64,000 nucleotides of DNA from Octopus vulgaris (Eukaryota), in the NCBI GenBank assembly GCA_951406725.2, contig OX597828.1, positions 54,622,001 to 54,686,000 of the forward strand, written 5' to 3'. How positions within the stretch are numbered: the first letter of the stretch is position 1; the number at the start of each line of letters is the position of its first letter. The notes under the pieces were generated by a model. The model had not been told where the DNA came from. It saw only the letters and a list, made by a program, of their open reading frames with translations, and searched no databases. Below, in pieces: positions 12,992-28,190 of the stretch. Both the position numbers and the translations under genes were made by a program.

Positions 12992-13363
12992 ATTTGTGGT
13001 GTCATGAAAAAAATGCACCCAGGAGACTGTGTGAAGCAGTTGGTGTTAGGAAAGATATCAAGACGTAGACACCAAGACGAAAATGAAAAATCATAAATAT
13101 ATATGTGTGTGTGTGTGTTGAGTAGGACTTAGATTAGCTGCTGCACAGCCCCTATCTTTCTACCAACCATATTCATAAAACTAAACTAATGCATGAGCTT
13201 CAATACAAACACTGAAAACCGATTCCATAAATGATGCTTTTAAAATGAGTCACGTCTAACAAAATATGTCAAACAAAGAGTTTTTGAAAGTCTGCTAGAA
13301 TTAATTTCTCTTTTACATTATGTGTTTCTAGTGTCCATGTTAACATATATGAATATGCACATG

Positions 13364-13402
<39 letters not shown>

Positions 13403-13707
13403 AATGTTGACACACCAATAATTTATGTATCAAATTACTTGCCAAAAATACATTATATATACAAAGTACTCTCTTTAGTTTTACTTAAGCCCTTAAGAAT
13501 AGTGGGTTTCTGTAGACTGCTAAAAAGGGTCTTTAGTAACTTAAGAAGTCTTAATACAGGAATTTAAAACTATTTTAGATGATCCCCTATTTTTCTGCCC
13601 ACAAAATTACCATATTTAAAAGCAAGGTGATTACATTTCACTGCAATGTTTGATAACATGCATTTGTTTAGTATAGTATAGCAAAAGGCATTGTTAATGC
13701 ACCAATA

Positions 13708-13935
13708 AGGCGGCGAACTGGCAGAATCGTTAGCATGCTGGGTGAAATGCTTAGCGGTATTTCGTCTACCGCTACGTTCTGAGTTCAAATTCCACCAAGG
13801 TTGACTTTGCCTGTCATCCTTTCAGTGTTGATAAATTAAGTACCAGTTATGCACTGGGGTCGATGTAATCGACTTAACCCCTTTGTCCTTGTTTGTGCCC
13901 TCTATGTTTAGCCCCTTGTGGGCAATAAAGAAATA
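13708..13935 (+). mobile_element. SINE family B monomer (CpG-decayed)
   Basis: Full head, core and AAAGAAATA end. Confidence 0.8.
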
Positions 13936-13936
13936 A

Positions 13937-13967
<31 letters not shown>

Positions 13968-14949
13968 TGAGTGAGTGAGTGAGTGAAAGTGTGTGTGAGA
14001 GAGAGAGAAAATGTTGAAAAATTGCTATTATGATTCATGTAGGGTAAATCTGTGTTAGTCCAATTTCCAGTCAGATATCAAATATAATTTGTCCTCAGAT
14101 TTACCTTTGGTATTAAAAACATGAATTATTTGCAGAGTGTTTATCCAAGAGATAATTAAAATAAGAGATTCAGTGAATCTCTTTATTACAACATCATAAA
14201 TAATATAATCTTTACATGTGTTCCACTTGTGCATATGTACAGTAATCATTACATAGACAATTGCATAATCACCATAGGATGCCAGATCATCAGAAGAAAG
14301 GAGTAATTTAATCCATTGTTAGTTATCAACCTCAATTGGTAACCAACACAAATGAGAAGAAAATAGAACTCATTCATAGAAGTAAATACATTTTTAATTG
14401 ATTATAAAGAGCTGAGTTTCTTGCACAAAAATCTTGGTTCTTAAGTCACTTAACTTTACAGTTGAATAATGTGTAAGTGTGTGTGTGTGTTTTGTTGCCT
14501 CAAAAGTTGACAGTCTGCTCTGAGTGAACTGCTCAGCATTGAACAGGGCTCAAAATTTTAGAAAAATGATATAAATCTGTTTTTTCAGGTTTTTTTTTTT
14601 TTTTTTTTACCATTTTTTTAAAAGAACCAGGGTGACTAAGTTAATTAGAAAGTGGCCAATGAGGGATTGGTTGTTCATATGCTGTTATTGGCATTGGTCA
14701 GTATTACTGGACAAGCTATAGTAACCAGACAGAATTACTAGTTTACCAAACGACTGCATTTTTTTAAACCAAGTAACTCTCTTAATAGCTATGTAATATT
14801 AGATATAGATATGTGCTTTTTTTCCTATGTGCACATGTGTATATGTATAGATGTGAGAATGTTGGTGTATTTGGGGCTATATTACTTTGTGTAGATGTGT
14901 GTGGTATATGTATAAACTGCTTTATGGGTTTATCTGTGCACAGGTATAT

Positions 14950-15049
14950 NNNNNNNNNNNNNNNNNNNNNNNNNNNNNNNNNNNNNNNNNNNNNNNNNNN
15001 NNNNNNNNNNNNNNNNNNNNNNNNNNNNNNNNNNNNNNNNNNNNNNNNN
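14950..15049. other. Assembly gap (100 N)
   Basis: Run of N. Confidence 1.
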
Positions 15050-15054
15050 CACAT

Positions 15055-15200
15055 ATAGTTCACAAAAAAAGAAAAGACGAAGGCAGGTGAGGAAAGAACG
15101 AGCAGGTGTGTTAGTTTGGAAAAGTCTTTGACGTTTCGAGCCAACGGTCTACGACAGAAAGGGTTGAGAGGAAAAGTGGAGAGTGAACGAGAAAAATACA
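15055..15200 (-). mobile_element. Putative PLE-terminal repeat (family P3) with hammerhead-like motif at 15126-15161
   Basis: Homologous to 40567-40763; CUUU-CUGUCGUA-GACC(GUUG)GCUC-GAAA-CG-UC-AAAG. Confidence 0.45.
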
Positions 15201-15221
15201 ACAGAGAAAGAGAGAGAGAGA

Positions 15222-15272
<51 letters not shown>

Positions 15273-15320
15273 TAAATGCGAAGGGATTAACGGTTCAAAA
15301 TAATGAAAATAATATTTATA

Positions 15321-15428
<108 letters not shown>

Positions 15429-15434
15429 CTGTAT

Positions 15435-15470
<36 letters not shown>

Positions 15471-15709
15471 TGAGAGCGGGAGAGTGAGATATGAAAATTG
15501 GTATTTTTCTGTCGTTTAACGAGAAACAGATTTTTAAATTTTCTTTTACTGTAATTCACTTTCGACATTTAATTTAATTTCAACTTATCATTATTAGCAA
15601 GCTTAATGTTTATACGCACACTTATATATGTGGCGTGGTAGGTAGTTGTGTTAAGCCTCTACACATACATACATATATATATATTATATTATATTATATT
15701 ATATTATAT

Positions 15710-15778
<69 letters not shown>

Positions 15779-15965
15779 TGCAGCTGTATGTATACATACA
15801 TATGCATGTATGTCTGAATAGCAAGACTGCTAGAGTGCATCTGAACTCGTTCAAACCAAATGCAAGATCTCTAAAAGTACGGAACGAATAATAAAAAAAT
15901 GTAAATTACTCGATGCTAGGGCGGAATAAAATACGCAGATCTCTGATACACCCCTATTTAGAAAC

Positions 15966-15966
15966 G

Positions 15967-16048
<82 letters not shown>

Positions 16049-16293
16049 ATACTAGTGCTGCTGCTGCTGCTACTACTACTACTACTAGTAGTGCTGCTAC
16101 TACTACTAATGATAATATAAATGGTTTCATATTTTCGCACAAGGCCAGCAATTTTGGGGGAGGTGTAAGTCGATTACATCGAACCCAGTGTTTCATTTTC
16201 ACTGGTACTTGATTTATCGATCTCCAAAAGGATGAAAGTCGATCTCGGACGAAATACCAGCTCGTCTCCTTAATAATAATAATAATAATAATA

Positions 16294-16347
<54 letters not shown>

Positions 16348-16389
16348 TTGATGATGATGATGATGATGATGATAATAATAATAATAATG

Positions 16390-16437
<48 letters not shown>

Positions 16438-16459
16438 GTAATAGTAGTAGTAGTAGTAA

Positions 16460-16498
<39 letters not shown>

Positions 16499-16509
16499 AA
16501 GTAGTAGTA

Positions 16510-16552
<43 letters not shown>

Positions 16553-16562
16553 CAACAACAAC
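15966..16562. repeat. Compound trinucleotide microsatellites (ACT/TAA/TGA/TAG)n with a SINE B fragment (16130-16255, minus)
   Basis: Direct reading. Confidence 0.9.
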
Positions 16563-16604
16563 ACAGACACACAAACATATACACGCATACATATATATAC
16601 ATAT

Positions 16605-16771
16605 ATACGACGGGCTTCTTCCAGTTTCCGTCTGCCAAATCCACTCACAAGGCTTTGGTCGGCCCGAGGCTATAGTAGAGGACACTTGCCCAAGGTGCCA
16701 CACAGTGGGAATGAACCCATAACTGTGTAGTTGGTAAGCAAGCTACTTACCACACAGCCACTCCTGCGCCT
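16605..16771 (-). mobile_element. SINE family A 5' half
   Basis: Close match to the family A head. Confidence 0.8.
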
Positions 16772-16774
16772 AAA

Positions 16775-17500
16775 TGATTCTAAATGTTTTTTGTATTTAT
16801 TTGCCTGCTGAAACACTGTGTTTGCGAATGTTAGACCAAACTGTTGACAAAAGGACAGCAATCCTAAACCGCTTTCATTCACCCCTTTTCCATGTTCCAT
16901 GTTTTCCTGTTACTTTTGACCACACTGTGTGTTTGTTACCCATTCTGGCATTAAAATCGCCTATCAGTATGATTTTGTCATGGTATGGAATTTTACTGAC
17001 AACTGTCTGCAATTCGGAGTAGATGTTGTGTTCCTGTTCGCCTGCCGATAAGTTAGGTGCATACGCACTGATAATGTGTATAGATGAGGGTTTATCTATT
17101 GGTATACAGAATGTACCGAGACGCTCATCAACAGCTTGAGGGATGGATGGCAATTTTCGAAGTAGAGTCGATTTAATGGCAAAGCCAGCACAATGAATTC
17201 TTAGTTCATTCGCCGGTTTTCCATTCAAAAAAAAAAAAAAAAAGGGAAAAAAGAAAATAAAAGAAAAGAAAAAGAAAAAGGAAAAGAAAAATGTACAACC
17301 ACTTCCAACTTCTAATTCACCAGTGTCCGCAAGCCTGATTTCGCTTAGAAGAGCAATATCAACGTTATAGGAGAGAATAACCTTCGCAATTATTGCCGTT
17401 TTTCGATCTAGGCTGTCTTTGCTGTTTTGTAAAGTTCTTACGATCAAAAATTAGCATGCTTCTTTTATTCCTTTCATCTTAAATTCGACTGCAATAGACT
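16775..17500 (-). mobile_element. RTE-clade LINE apurinic endonuclease fragment (degenerate)
   Basis: YNVDIALLSEIR, GFAIK, IISAYAPN, IILIGDFNARMG, then frameshifted NESGLGLLSFC..NTVFQ; interrupted by an A-rich tract at about 17227-17290. Confidence 0.85.
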
Positions 17501-17554
17501 GAATGGTTAGATATCTGCAGTTAATGCCAAGCTCTTTAATGGTAACACATTTTT

Positions 17555-18795
<1,241 letters not shown>

Positions 18796-18849
18796 ATTAA
18801 AAATAATGATAATAATAATAAAATAATAATAATAATAATAATAATAGTA

Positions 18850-18900
<51 letters not shown>

Positions 18901-18902
<2 letters not shown>

Positions 18903-19433
18903 CCATTCTGTTATAGAGACAAGTCCTGGATTTGACAGCGCAAAAAAGTGGCACGAACAGAAACCCGAAGGCATTGTCGAAAGTGATAATGCAAAAATCT
19001 TATGGGATTTTATGATTCCGTGCGACCATGAGATAGAGAATAGGAAGCCAGACATAGTGTTAATGGAGAAAAAAAGCAAACGATGCTGGATCATAGATAT
19101 AGCATGCCCCAAAAGGTATGCGATAAGGAAGAAGGAGAAGTCGATAGATATGACAGGTTAGCTTGGGAGGTTAAGCAGTTGTGGTGGATGAAAAAGTGAT
19201 AGTAGTACCAATAACTGTCGGAGCCCTGGGAAAAGTGAGTAAAAATTTTGAGAAGTACATGGAACAAATAGGGGCTGCAATAACAGTGGAGCACTTGCAG
19301 AAAACAGCACTGCTTGGAACCACTCGAATACTCCGGATGGTGCTCAAAAAATAAAGGGTGTTACCTTAGTTCACTGGTAGTGAACAGCTGACAGCGTAGT
19401 ACATCTCAAGCGTTAGAAGCTGTGCAAAGACAA
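18901..19433 (+). mobile_element. R4/Dong-type 3' fragment, second subfamily
   Basis: KWHEQKPEGIVESDNAKILWDFMIPCDHEIENRKPDIVL..IIDIACP, LQKTALLGT; (TAA)n on both sides. Confidence 0.8.
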
Positions 19434-19436
19434 TAA

Positions 19437-19486
<50 letters not shown>

Positions 19487-19545
19487 TGTAAGAAATTCAG
19501 AAAATATTACTCATAGGGACTGCTTATATAACTGCAAAGCAATCT
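19487..19545 (+). mobile_element. Very short R4/Dong-type C-terminal fragment, third subfamily
   Basis: EIQKILLIGTAYI directly after (TAA)n. Confidence 0.5.
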
Positions 19546-19681
19546 TTATTCATATATGGAAAGCGCATTTTCTATAACAATTCTTCTTACGAACTCAAGG
19601 TAGACAATTGAAACACGAATCCCTCTCACAGAGCTAATTCTTACCCCAAAGCATGGCAGTTATCAATCATCCTATACATAA

Positions 19682-19885
19682 TGGTTTCAAATTTTGGCAC
19701 AAGGCCAGCAATTTCGAGGGGGTGGGTACCTCGATTTCATCAATCCTAGTGTTTAACTGGTAGTTATTTTATCGACCCCGAAAGGATGAAAGACAAAGTC
19801 GACTCCGGCGTGAGGATTTGAACTCAGAACGTATAAAGCTGGAAAGAATGTTCGCTAAGCATTTTGTCGAATGCGCTAACGATTT
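19682..19885 (-). mobile_element. SINE family B, alternative tail
   Basis: Reverse complement of the family B core and GCTGGCCTTGTGCCAAAATTTGAAACC tail. Confidence 0.7.
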
Positions 19886-20758
19886 TGAACTAAAACGATC
19901 AACAACAAACACAAAGTTTCGAGAGGTTTGTTAGATTCGACTCAACTTTCTACTTACATTCCCTAACTCTTGATCAACATCCGTATACTCATCCATCCAT
20001 CCGTCCGTCCGTACGTACGTACCTCCGTATATACACACGTTTCTATCAGGCTGACAATCACTTAAACGTATCTCTTTATCTCTTACCTTCTTTCTTTAAA
20101 ACTCTCCGCCCTTTTCAATATGTCTCTGTCTGTCTGTCTGTCTGTCAGTCTCTCTCTCTCTCTGTCTATCTATAACCCCATCTGAATATATTTAATGAAG
20201 CCCACTCACCAAAAGTGTCATAAAGCTGAAATATCTTTAAGTGTCTACTTCTCGAGTTCTTTTATATATTTCCTCATTTTCTTTTTACAGTATTTCTTAT
20301 CTGTGTGCTTCATTATTCTATGTATGTATATGTGTGCTTGCGTGCGTACAAGTGTGTGTATGTGTATGTGCACGCGTTTGTGTGTACATTGATTAGGGGC
20401 GGAGTCCCTTGCCCAGTGGTGTGTCACCGTAAAGAAATCGTCTGGAATCCTGGAGACTCGGCTCATTAGTTTCTATGAACGATAATTAACTGACGATATT
20501 ATGATTGGATATGTTATTGCTGTTGTTGTACGGTCTTAGCCATGTTCTATAATCTAGCAAACCTATAATAAATGGCGTTCCAGTCACGACCATCACGTCT
20601 TCGTTGCAGTGTAAAACGAAGAAGCGTGACTTGTTGATGACTTAAACATTATTTTTAATAGATTTCATGCTACAGTTTTATCTCCCTCACCCTCCTCTTC
20701 CTCCCTTCCTCCCTCTCTCTCCCTTCCACCTCTCCTCCTCCCTCTCTTTCTCAGTATT

Positions 20759-21060
20759 GGTTTCAAATTTTGGCACAGGGCCAGCAACTTCGGGGGAGGG
20801 GAGAAGTCGATGACATCGATCCCAGTGCTGAATTGGTTCTTATTTCATTGTCCCGAAAAGAATGAAAGTCAAAGTCGACTTCGGCGGAACTTGAACTCAG
20901 GACGTAAAGACAGACGAAATACCTATTTCTTTACTACCTACAAGGGGCTAAACACAGAGAGGACAAACAAGGACAGACAAACGGTTTAAGTCGATTATAT
21001 CGACCCCAGTGCGTAACTGGTACTTATTTAATCGACCCCGAAAGGATGAAAGGCAAAGTG
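20759..21060 (-). mobile_element. SINE family B dimer fragment
   Basis: Contains the AAAGAAATA|GGTATTTCGTCTG junction on the minus strand near 20923. Confidence 0.75.
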
Positions 21061-21089
21061 TCAATTTGTTCCTGTTTTTATGAGTCTCA

Positions 21090-21310
21090 CTTACTCTTTA
21101 CTCTCTTTTACTTTGTTTCACTTATTTGACCGAGGCCATGCTGGAGCACCGCCTTGAGTCGAAGAAATCGACCCCCGGACTTATTCTTTGTTAGCCTAGT
21201 ACTTATTCTATCGGTCACTTTTACCGAACTGCCAAGTTACGGGGACGTAAACACACCAGCATCAGTTGTCAAGCGATGTTAGAGGGACAAACACACACAC
21301 ATACACACAG

Positions 21311-21373
<63 letters not shown>

Positions 21374-21575
21374 CATATATACGACGGGCTTCTTTCAGTT
21401 TCCGTCTACCAAATCCACTCACAAGGCTTTGGTCGGCCCGAGGCTATAGTAGAAGACACTTGCCCAAGGTGCCACGCAGTGGGACTGAACCCAGAACCAT
21501 GTGGCTGGTAAGCAAGCTACTTACCACACAGCCACTCCTGCGCTTAGCCACTTACCACACAGCCACTCCTGCGCC
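21090..21575 (-). mobile_element. Full-length SINE family A with internal (CA/TA)n and duplicated 5' end
   Basis: tRNA-like head, CORE-like CCTTGGGCAAGTGTCTT, internal microsatellite, 3' GCTCCAGCATGGCC..AAGTAAAA; matches 61295-61703. Confidence 0.85.
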
Positions 21576-22341
21576 TTGAACTTTGAAAAAAGTGGTGCAT
21601 AAAATATCGTTCTAATCAAACCGAAAATGTTAATTTATGTTCATCTTGTAGTTGTTTAGCCCCAGATCGGCTCTTAACAGACAGATATATGATCAAAGAC
21701 TTTCCAGATTTGATTTTTTAATCTTCCTTTTCCCAGACATAGCGTACCCTGAGCTACATTCTCCAATGATGATAGGGTGTAACTGGAAGATTTAGCTACT
21801 TTTTGTTGCAGGTTGAACGACTGGGCAAAAGGAGTCTTCGCTGGCTTTTCTTGCAGGCTGATCGTGGCGGCTACAGTATACGTCACCGACATCAATTCAA
21901 CCGTGGCATTTTACCGACCAATGATTTACAGATGAGTAAATTCCTTTACAAAAACAATTTGGTCGATTAAAACATTCACCGATGACAAATTAATGATTAA
22001 TTAATATCATGATTTCAATAAAAGGTTTTAAAAAAATATATATAAAAAAACTAATTACTTATTACTCACAAGATGTATTTTTAGAATATGGAAATATTGA
22101 TAAAACTTTGAAAGGATTTTTAAAATGAAATTTTATGAGTAAGACCTCTTAAGTATGGAGCGATAGACTCATTAGGTTTATGATTCACAAATGGTTTTAT
22201 TGTTTTTGGCGGCATAATCATGACAATGTCGACTCTTCACTGAAGGTCCTCTTACTAATTGAGTGAATTGTTGCCTGACGATTCTAACACACAGCAATGA
22301 TATTATTATACGTAGTTAACACACATACACATATAGAGGAG

Positions 22342-22650
22342 AACTGCGTCGATTACGACGACGAGGGTCCCAGCTGATACGATCAACGGAACAGCTTGCT
22401 CGTGAAATTAACGAGCAAGTGGCTGAGCACTACACAGACACGTGTACCCTTAATGTAATTCTCAGGGAGATTCAGTGTTACTCACAGTGTAATAAGGCCG
22501 ACCCTTTGAAATACTGGTACCACTCATTTTTGCAAGCTGAGTGGACTAGAGCACCGTGAAGTAAAGTGTCTTGTTCAAGGATACAACGCGTCGCCTGGAA
22601 TTGAACTCATGATCGTGAGCCAAATTCCCGAACCACTAAGTCACGCGACT
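22342..22650 (-). mobile_element. tRNA-derived SINE (family C relative)
   Basis: CORE-like CCTTGAACAAGACACTT; tail shared with 3857-4237. Confidence 0.7.
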
Positions 22651-22659
22651 TTAAACATG

Positions 22660-22945
22660 TATTATATAAAATGCGTTCTGTCTGTCTGTGTGTATGTCTT
22701 CTAGAATCTCGGACATCCTCCATCCGATTACGCTCAAATTTGATATGGAGATACCGACGGTATCTTGAAAAAATTGCAAAAATCAATTCCTGGCGAGAAT
22801 GCGATCGATAAGGCCGCGGGAACGTGCATTTGTACGCGCAAGTACATCAGCTGTTGCGATCAACACTACGCGTACGCGAGAAAAATGCACGTGCAGTTTG
22901 CGCAAAAAAAGCCGGCCTGTTTGGTGTCTCAAATTTACGTTAAAT
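22660..22945 (+). mobile_element. Possible non-autonomous Helitron/DINE-like 5' fragment
   Basis: TATATAAAA start, (GTCT)n, CCGATT..CTCAAATTTG motif; by-eye similarity only. Confidence 0.35.
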
Positions 22946-23742
22946 CAGTGTTTCTCAAAGGGGAGGCCTATGGGACGGTCGGACAAGTTGTTTTGAGAAA
23001 ATTTGGTTTAAATGTTTGACAAGTCAGCACCGTCCATTGGACGGGGGTGGGGCGTTTTGCTCGTATACACATATTTAGTTAACAAATATATAGATAACAT
23101 GTGTATATGTAGTTACCAATGAGATATATCAATTATTCGAATCAAAAACCACATCAAACTTATGTCCCCTAATACAAGTAGCGCATCCCCCTTTAAAAAC
23201 AATGTTTCCAAGGATACACAATATTCGAACCTACAACGTTTCCAACTAGGTATTCCTAGTTGAAAAGGGCAAATATGACAACAACAATAGACTAGAGAGA
23301 AAAAAAATCATATAACACACATTCAGGCAACACTAACACACATCTTAGTAGATGTGTCAATCTAATCTGCATCTTGCAAGGATGAGCACTTTGTCACCCT
23401 GCTTCACAAACACCGAGCTAGGAAGAAAATCATACACCGTTACGGAGTGACATTTATAGAGAAGCATTTAAAAAAATACAAAGTAACAATCCATATTATA
23501 ACGCTGAAAATAGCCAATCAATAGAAGCTAGCATGTCATTAGCTTAATGCGGTTGCCGATTACAGAAGTTAAAAGGAGACGATATAATACTCTAGAGAGA
23601 CAAACCCTCATAAATCTAGAAACTTCCCCTCTCTAAAGACTAGCCGCAGGGACCGATTGACTCTTGAAACTTTATTAAACCACCATCCTTCGCGCATGCC
23701 CCGTCGACTTCCCTGTAAAGTTAATCAATTAACGGAAAAAAA

Positions 23743-24092
<350 letters not shown>

Positions 24093-24300
24093 TGTTAAGT
24101 TTTTTGTGTAGTTTTCAGTATTGTTTCCTCGATCTTATAAATTTGTTTAATAAACCTTTAATATTAAGTGGAAGATTCTGGAAGTATTGAAAACAACGTG
24201 TCCTTGACAGAATTAATTATTCATCTCTTAACCGAGTATAAAGATTAAAAAAACACATCAGCGGGAATTAAAAATCGCATTAACCAATAATGCAGTTGTC

Positions 24301-24307
24301 TACAACA

Positions 24308-24351
<44 letters not shown>

Positions 24352-24358
24352 CACAACC

Positions 24359-24429
<71 letters not shown>
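24301..24429. repeat. (ACT/ACC)n microsatellite
   Basis: Direct reading. Confidence 0.95.
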
Positions 24430-25070
24430 ACGCGGACGCGCACACACACCTTACTGTAAACAGCGATTTCTGTAGATAAACTTACGTACACGTATTATAT
24501 ACACACAAAACACACACAAGCGCACTCACATTATTGTACATGCTATTATTTATAATTACCGAATGAAATATAAACGGATAGACATTTCTACTGGTAGTCT
24601 TCTTCACCTACACTCACTCACTCTCTCTTTCACTCACACACCCTCACATACCTTTTATAAGTTTCAATGATAGGACTGCGGCCATTCTGGGGCACTGCTT
24701 TCAAAGGTTTTTAGTCGATAATATCTAATGTCTTCAGCACTTATTTAATCGATATCTATCGAATGGCTAACTTAACGTTTGACGTAAAACGACAAAGATG
24801 GACATACCATTTTACACTTGAATACACAAACGCAGAGGCATGCACACACACGCTCGCATACACACATACACACACAGACACACACTCATGCAAACATACA
24901 TTTAATAAACACTATGTTTAACTGCGGTGTTCTCTTTGAAGGACAAACCGAAGAACAGCTCGACTAGTTTCATGTTGTTATTGATGGTTACTAGTGAGTG
25001 TCTTCGTTCAACTTAGAATGGAAGAAAGCATCTTACAACTTCATATAACAAACGATAAAACGATAAACGT

Positions 25071-25371
25071 CGCCCTTTTCAAGCCTGGCCAGGATCATGG
25101 GCCCGGTTACCCGGTTTCTGTAGCGTATGTGTTCCCCCCAGCTGCACGGGACGCCAGTCCATCGCAGCGTTACTCAAGAAACAGGAAGAGAGAGTGAGTG
25201 AAAGTTGGGGCGAAAGAGTACAACAGGGGTCGCCACCACCATCAGCCGGAGCCTCGTGGATCTTTTAGGTGTTTTCGCTCAATAAACACACACAACGCCC
25301 GGTCTGGGAATCGAAACCGTGATCCTCCGACCGTGAGTCCACTGTCCTAACCACTGGGCTATTGCGCCTCC
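25071..25371 (-). mobile_element. tRNA-derived SINE family C, full length
   Basis: Highly similar to 32851-33151; GCGATGGACTGGCGTCCCGT V-domain-like motif. Confidence 0.8.
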
Positions 25372-25464
25372 TATATAACAAAGATTAACTAATTACGTTT
25401 TCGGTTATGTTTATGATTCCTGAAGTAATGTTGTTGAAACTTCAATATCATTTCGGATGAAAGA

Positions 25465-26075
25465 GCGGCGAGATGACAGAATTGTTGGCAAGCCGGGAAA
25501 GCTGGTTAACGGCATTTCGCCTGCTTTTACTTCCTGTGTTCAAATTATGCTGATGTCGACTTTGCCTTTTCTCTCCTTTCGGGGGTCGATAAAATAACTA
25601 CCAGCTGAGCACAGGGTTCGATGTAATCGACTTACTCCCGCTCCAGAAATTACTACCCTAGTGTCAAACTTTGAAACCAAGGAGATGGCATAATCGTTAG
25701 CACGCCAGGCATGCTTAACGGTATTTCGCCTGCCGATACGTTGTGAGTTCAAATTCCGCCAAGGTCGACTTTGCCTTTCATCCTTCCGGGTCGACAAAAT
25801 AAGTACCAGTTACGCACTGGGGTCCATGAAATCGACTTAATACCTATATCTGTCCTTGTTTTTCTTCTCTATGTTTAGCCCTTTGTGGGTAATAAAGAAA
25901 TAGGTATTTCGCCTGTCTTTACGTTCAGAGTTCGTATTCCACCAAAGTCGACTTTGCTTTTCATCCTTTCGGGGTAAAATAAGTAAAATAAGTACCAGTC
26001 GAACACCGGGGTAAATGTAATCGACTAGCCCCTCCCTTAAAATTGCTGGCCTCGTGCCAAAATTTGAAATCAATA
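25465..26075 (+). mobile_element. Cluster of SINE family B units (monomer plus dimer)
   Basis: Three cores; dimer junction near 25903. Confidence 0.75.
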
Positions 26076-26868
26076 TTATTTTGGATGAAATGAGTGCGAA
26101 GTGTATACAGAGCTGCAAAAAGCTTATTTATCAATAACAGAAAGACGTAATTTTTATGAATTACTGTAGCTGTGAAGTATATTTAAGATCAGACAACTTT
26201 GCACACAAATACGTGACTGATAGCAAAGGATATATATATATATATTTATTTATTTTATATAATGATTTCATCAATTTAGTATCGCTAATAAAACGATTTG
26301 TCGTTAAGAATTTTCTTTTAAGAAATATGTTGTGCGCCGACCAGTGTTATAAAGTGTTTGTTAAGCTCTGCTGTGTAGCAAGCTAAACATTCCCTTGTAC
26401 CGAAAAAGGACAAATCAAGTGATGTGATTCGAACCATACCTTCAGCACTTTCAGGTCTGCTGATCTACCTATTGCAACACACCTAGTTTGGGCGACTGCT
26501 TTCCTGAAATGTTTCACTGTTTATCTGTTTTGAATAAACTTTGCGCTCACCACAAGCATCTCCACCTGTTTTTAAAGATAACGTGCCAGACACACGCCGA
26601 GGAGAAAGAGAAGTTCAGTTGAAAAATAATAAAGAAACAAAAATTATAATCCCACGCACGCACACGCAACTACACCATAGACACAAAATACAGATACATA
26701 CTTAAAACGAAACACATACATTCGCTTACACAAACACTTTGCAGGGCGCGTCCACAGTAACTAAGAGTGAAACAGTTGTTAAATATAAACACAAAGGTTA
26801 GCTGCGATTAACCCAGTTGGATAACCAATACGCAGCAACGGATGGACGGCAGCAGCTTTTATCTATAT

Positions 26869-27199
26869 CAGGGGTACTCAACCACTTTTTCACTATGGAC
26901 TCCTTTGATACTACTTTATTCAAGTGGACTCCCACAGCCATTCGATGTTTAAAAATTATTTTTGGAAAAATTCTTATTTTGTGTTTCACACATTAACTTG
27001 TGTAGGCCGAACTTTGCAAAATTAGAGAAAAGAGTCTAGCAGTTTCTTGCAATAAATACCAATACATCTAAAGCAGAATTGTTTTAGGAGTCCTTAAAAT
27101 ACTATTGTAGATCCCTAATTTACTGTTTTGTTGCATGGACCGCCCCCAAATTCTTATATGGTCGCTCAGGGGACATATGGACCCCGGTTGAGAACACTG
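26869..27199. mobile_element. hAT (Charlie-like) MITE
   Basis: TIRs CAGGGGTACTCAACC / GGTTGAGAACACTG; 8-bp TSD ATCTATAT / ATCTAGAT. Confidence 0.8.
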
Positions 27200-27686
27200 A
27201 TCTAGATGCAAATGTCCCAACAAAGGTTGGATCTGTAAAAAGCTGTGAATTCACCACGACGGTGTTCATACAAGACGCAATAAAGAATCCTTTGAATGAA
27301 CCCTGCTTCCATCTCTGGATTAAATAGATCTAGCTCCATCCTCTTTTCAGCTGACACGTTTTTGTTTCGCTGGTTCTAGAGTTTGAGGGTCGAGAAGAAT
27401 GTTGATATGTCCTCGCATGAAATATTGGAGTGAAAGCATGATAGATGAGAACGGGATTCTTTTTCCTGCTACCAACAGGTACTCAGTTGCGTGTGAAGGA
27501 CAACGTGTGTGTGTGTGCGCACGCGTGTTTGTATGAGTACAGACGGATGAAGTTGGTGATGGACTATGTCGCTACTCAGAGTTTCCATCTAAATGCAATT
27601 CTGAGAACGTAAAACTATAGTTACTCTACAATATCTATTGAGCGTACTTTCTCTCGTACGTTAAACGAAATAGATACGTATGTACA

Positions 27687-27760
<74 letters not shown>

Positions 27761-28123
27761 TGTATGTATATATAAAGTAAATTTGGATTGGGTAAAATTG
27801 CGGTGTATTCTTTATGCAGCGTTTAATACGAACACTGTCCACCAGGGAAAAAGCGGCAGAGATACGTGTCACTGGTATAACAGGTGTGAATTATTTCGTA
27901 GAGAGTAATAAGGAAGACGACAACCGATATCAAACTTATTTTGCCATTTTCTTATTCCTTTATATATATTCTTTTATATACATACATACATACATACATA
28001 CATACGTACGTACGTACATACATACATACATACATACATACATACATACATACATACATACATACATACATACGTACGTACATACATACATACGTACGTA
28101 CATACATACATATATATATATAC

Positions 28124-28188
<65 letters not shown>

Positions 28189-28190
<2 letters not shown>

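Noticed and set aside
23140-23740. Possible GIY-YIG C-terminal motif (YREAFKKIQSNNPYYN)
   Set aside because: Single short motif with no GIY/YIG part or hammerhead nearby
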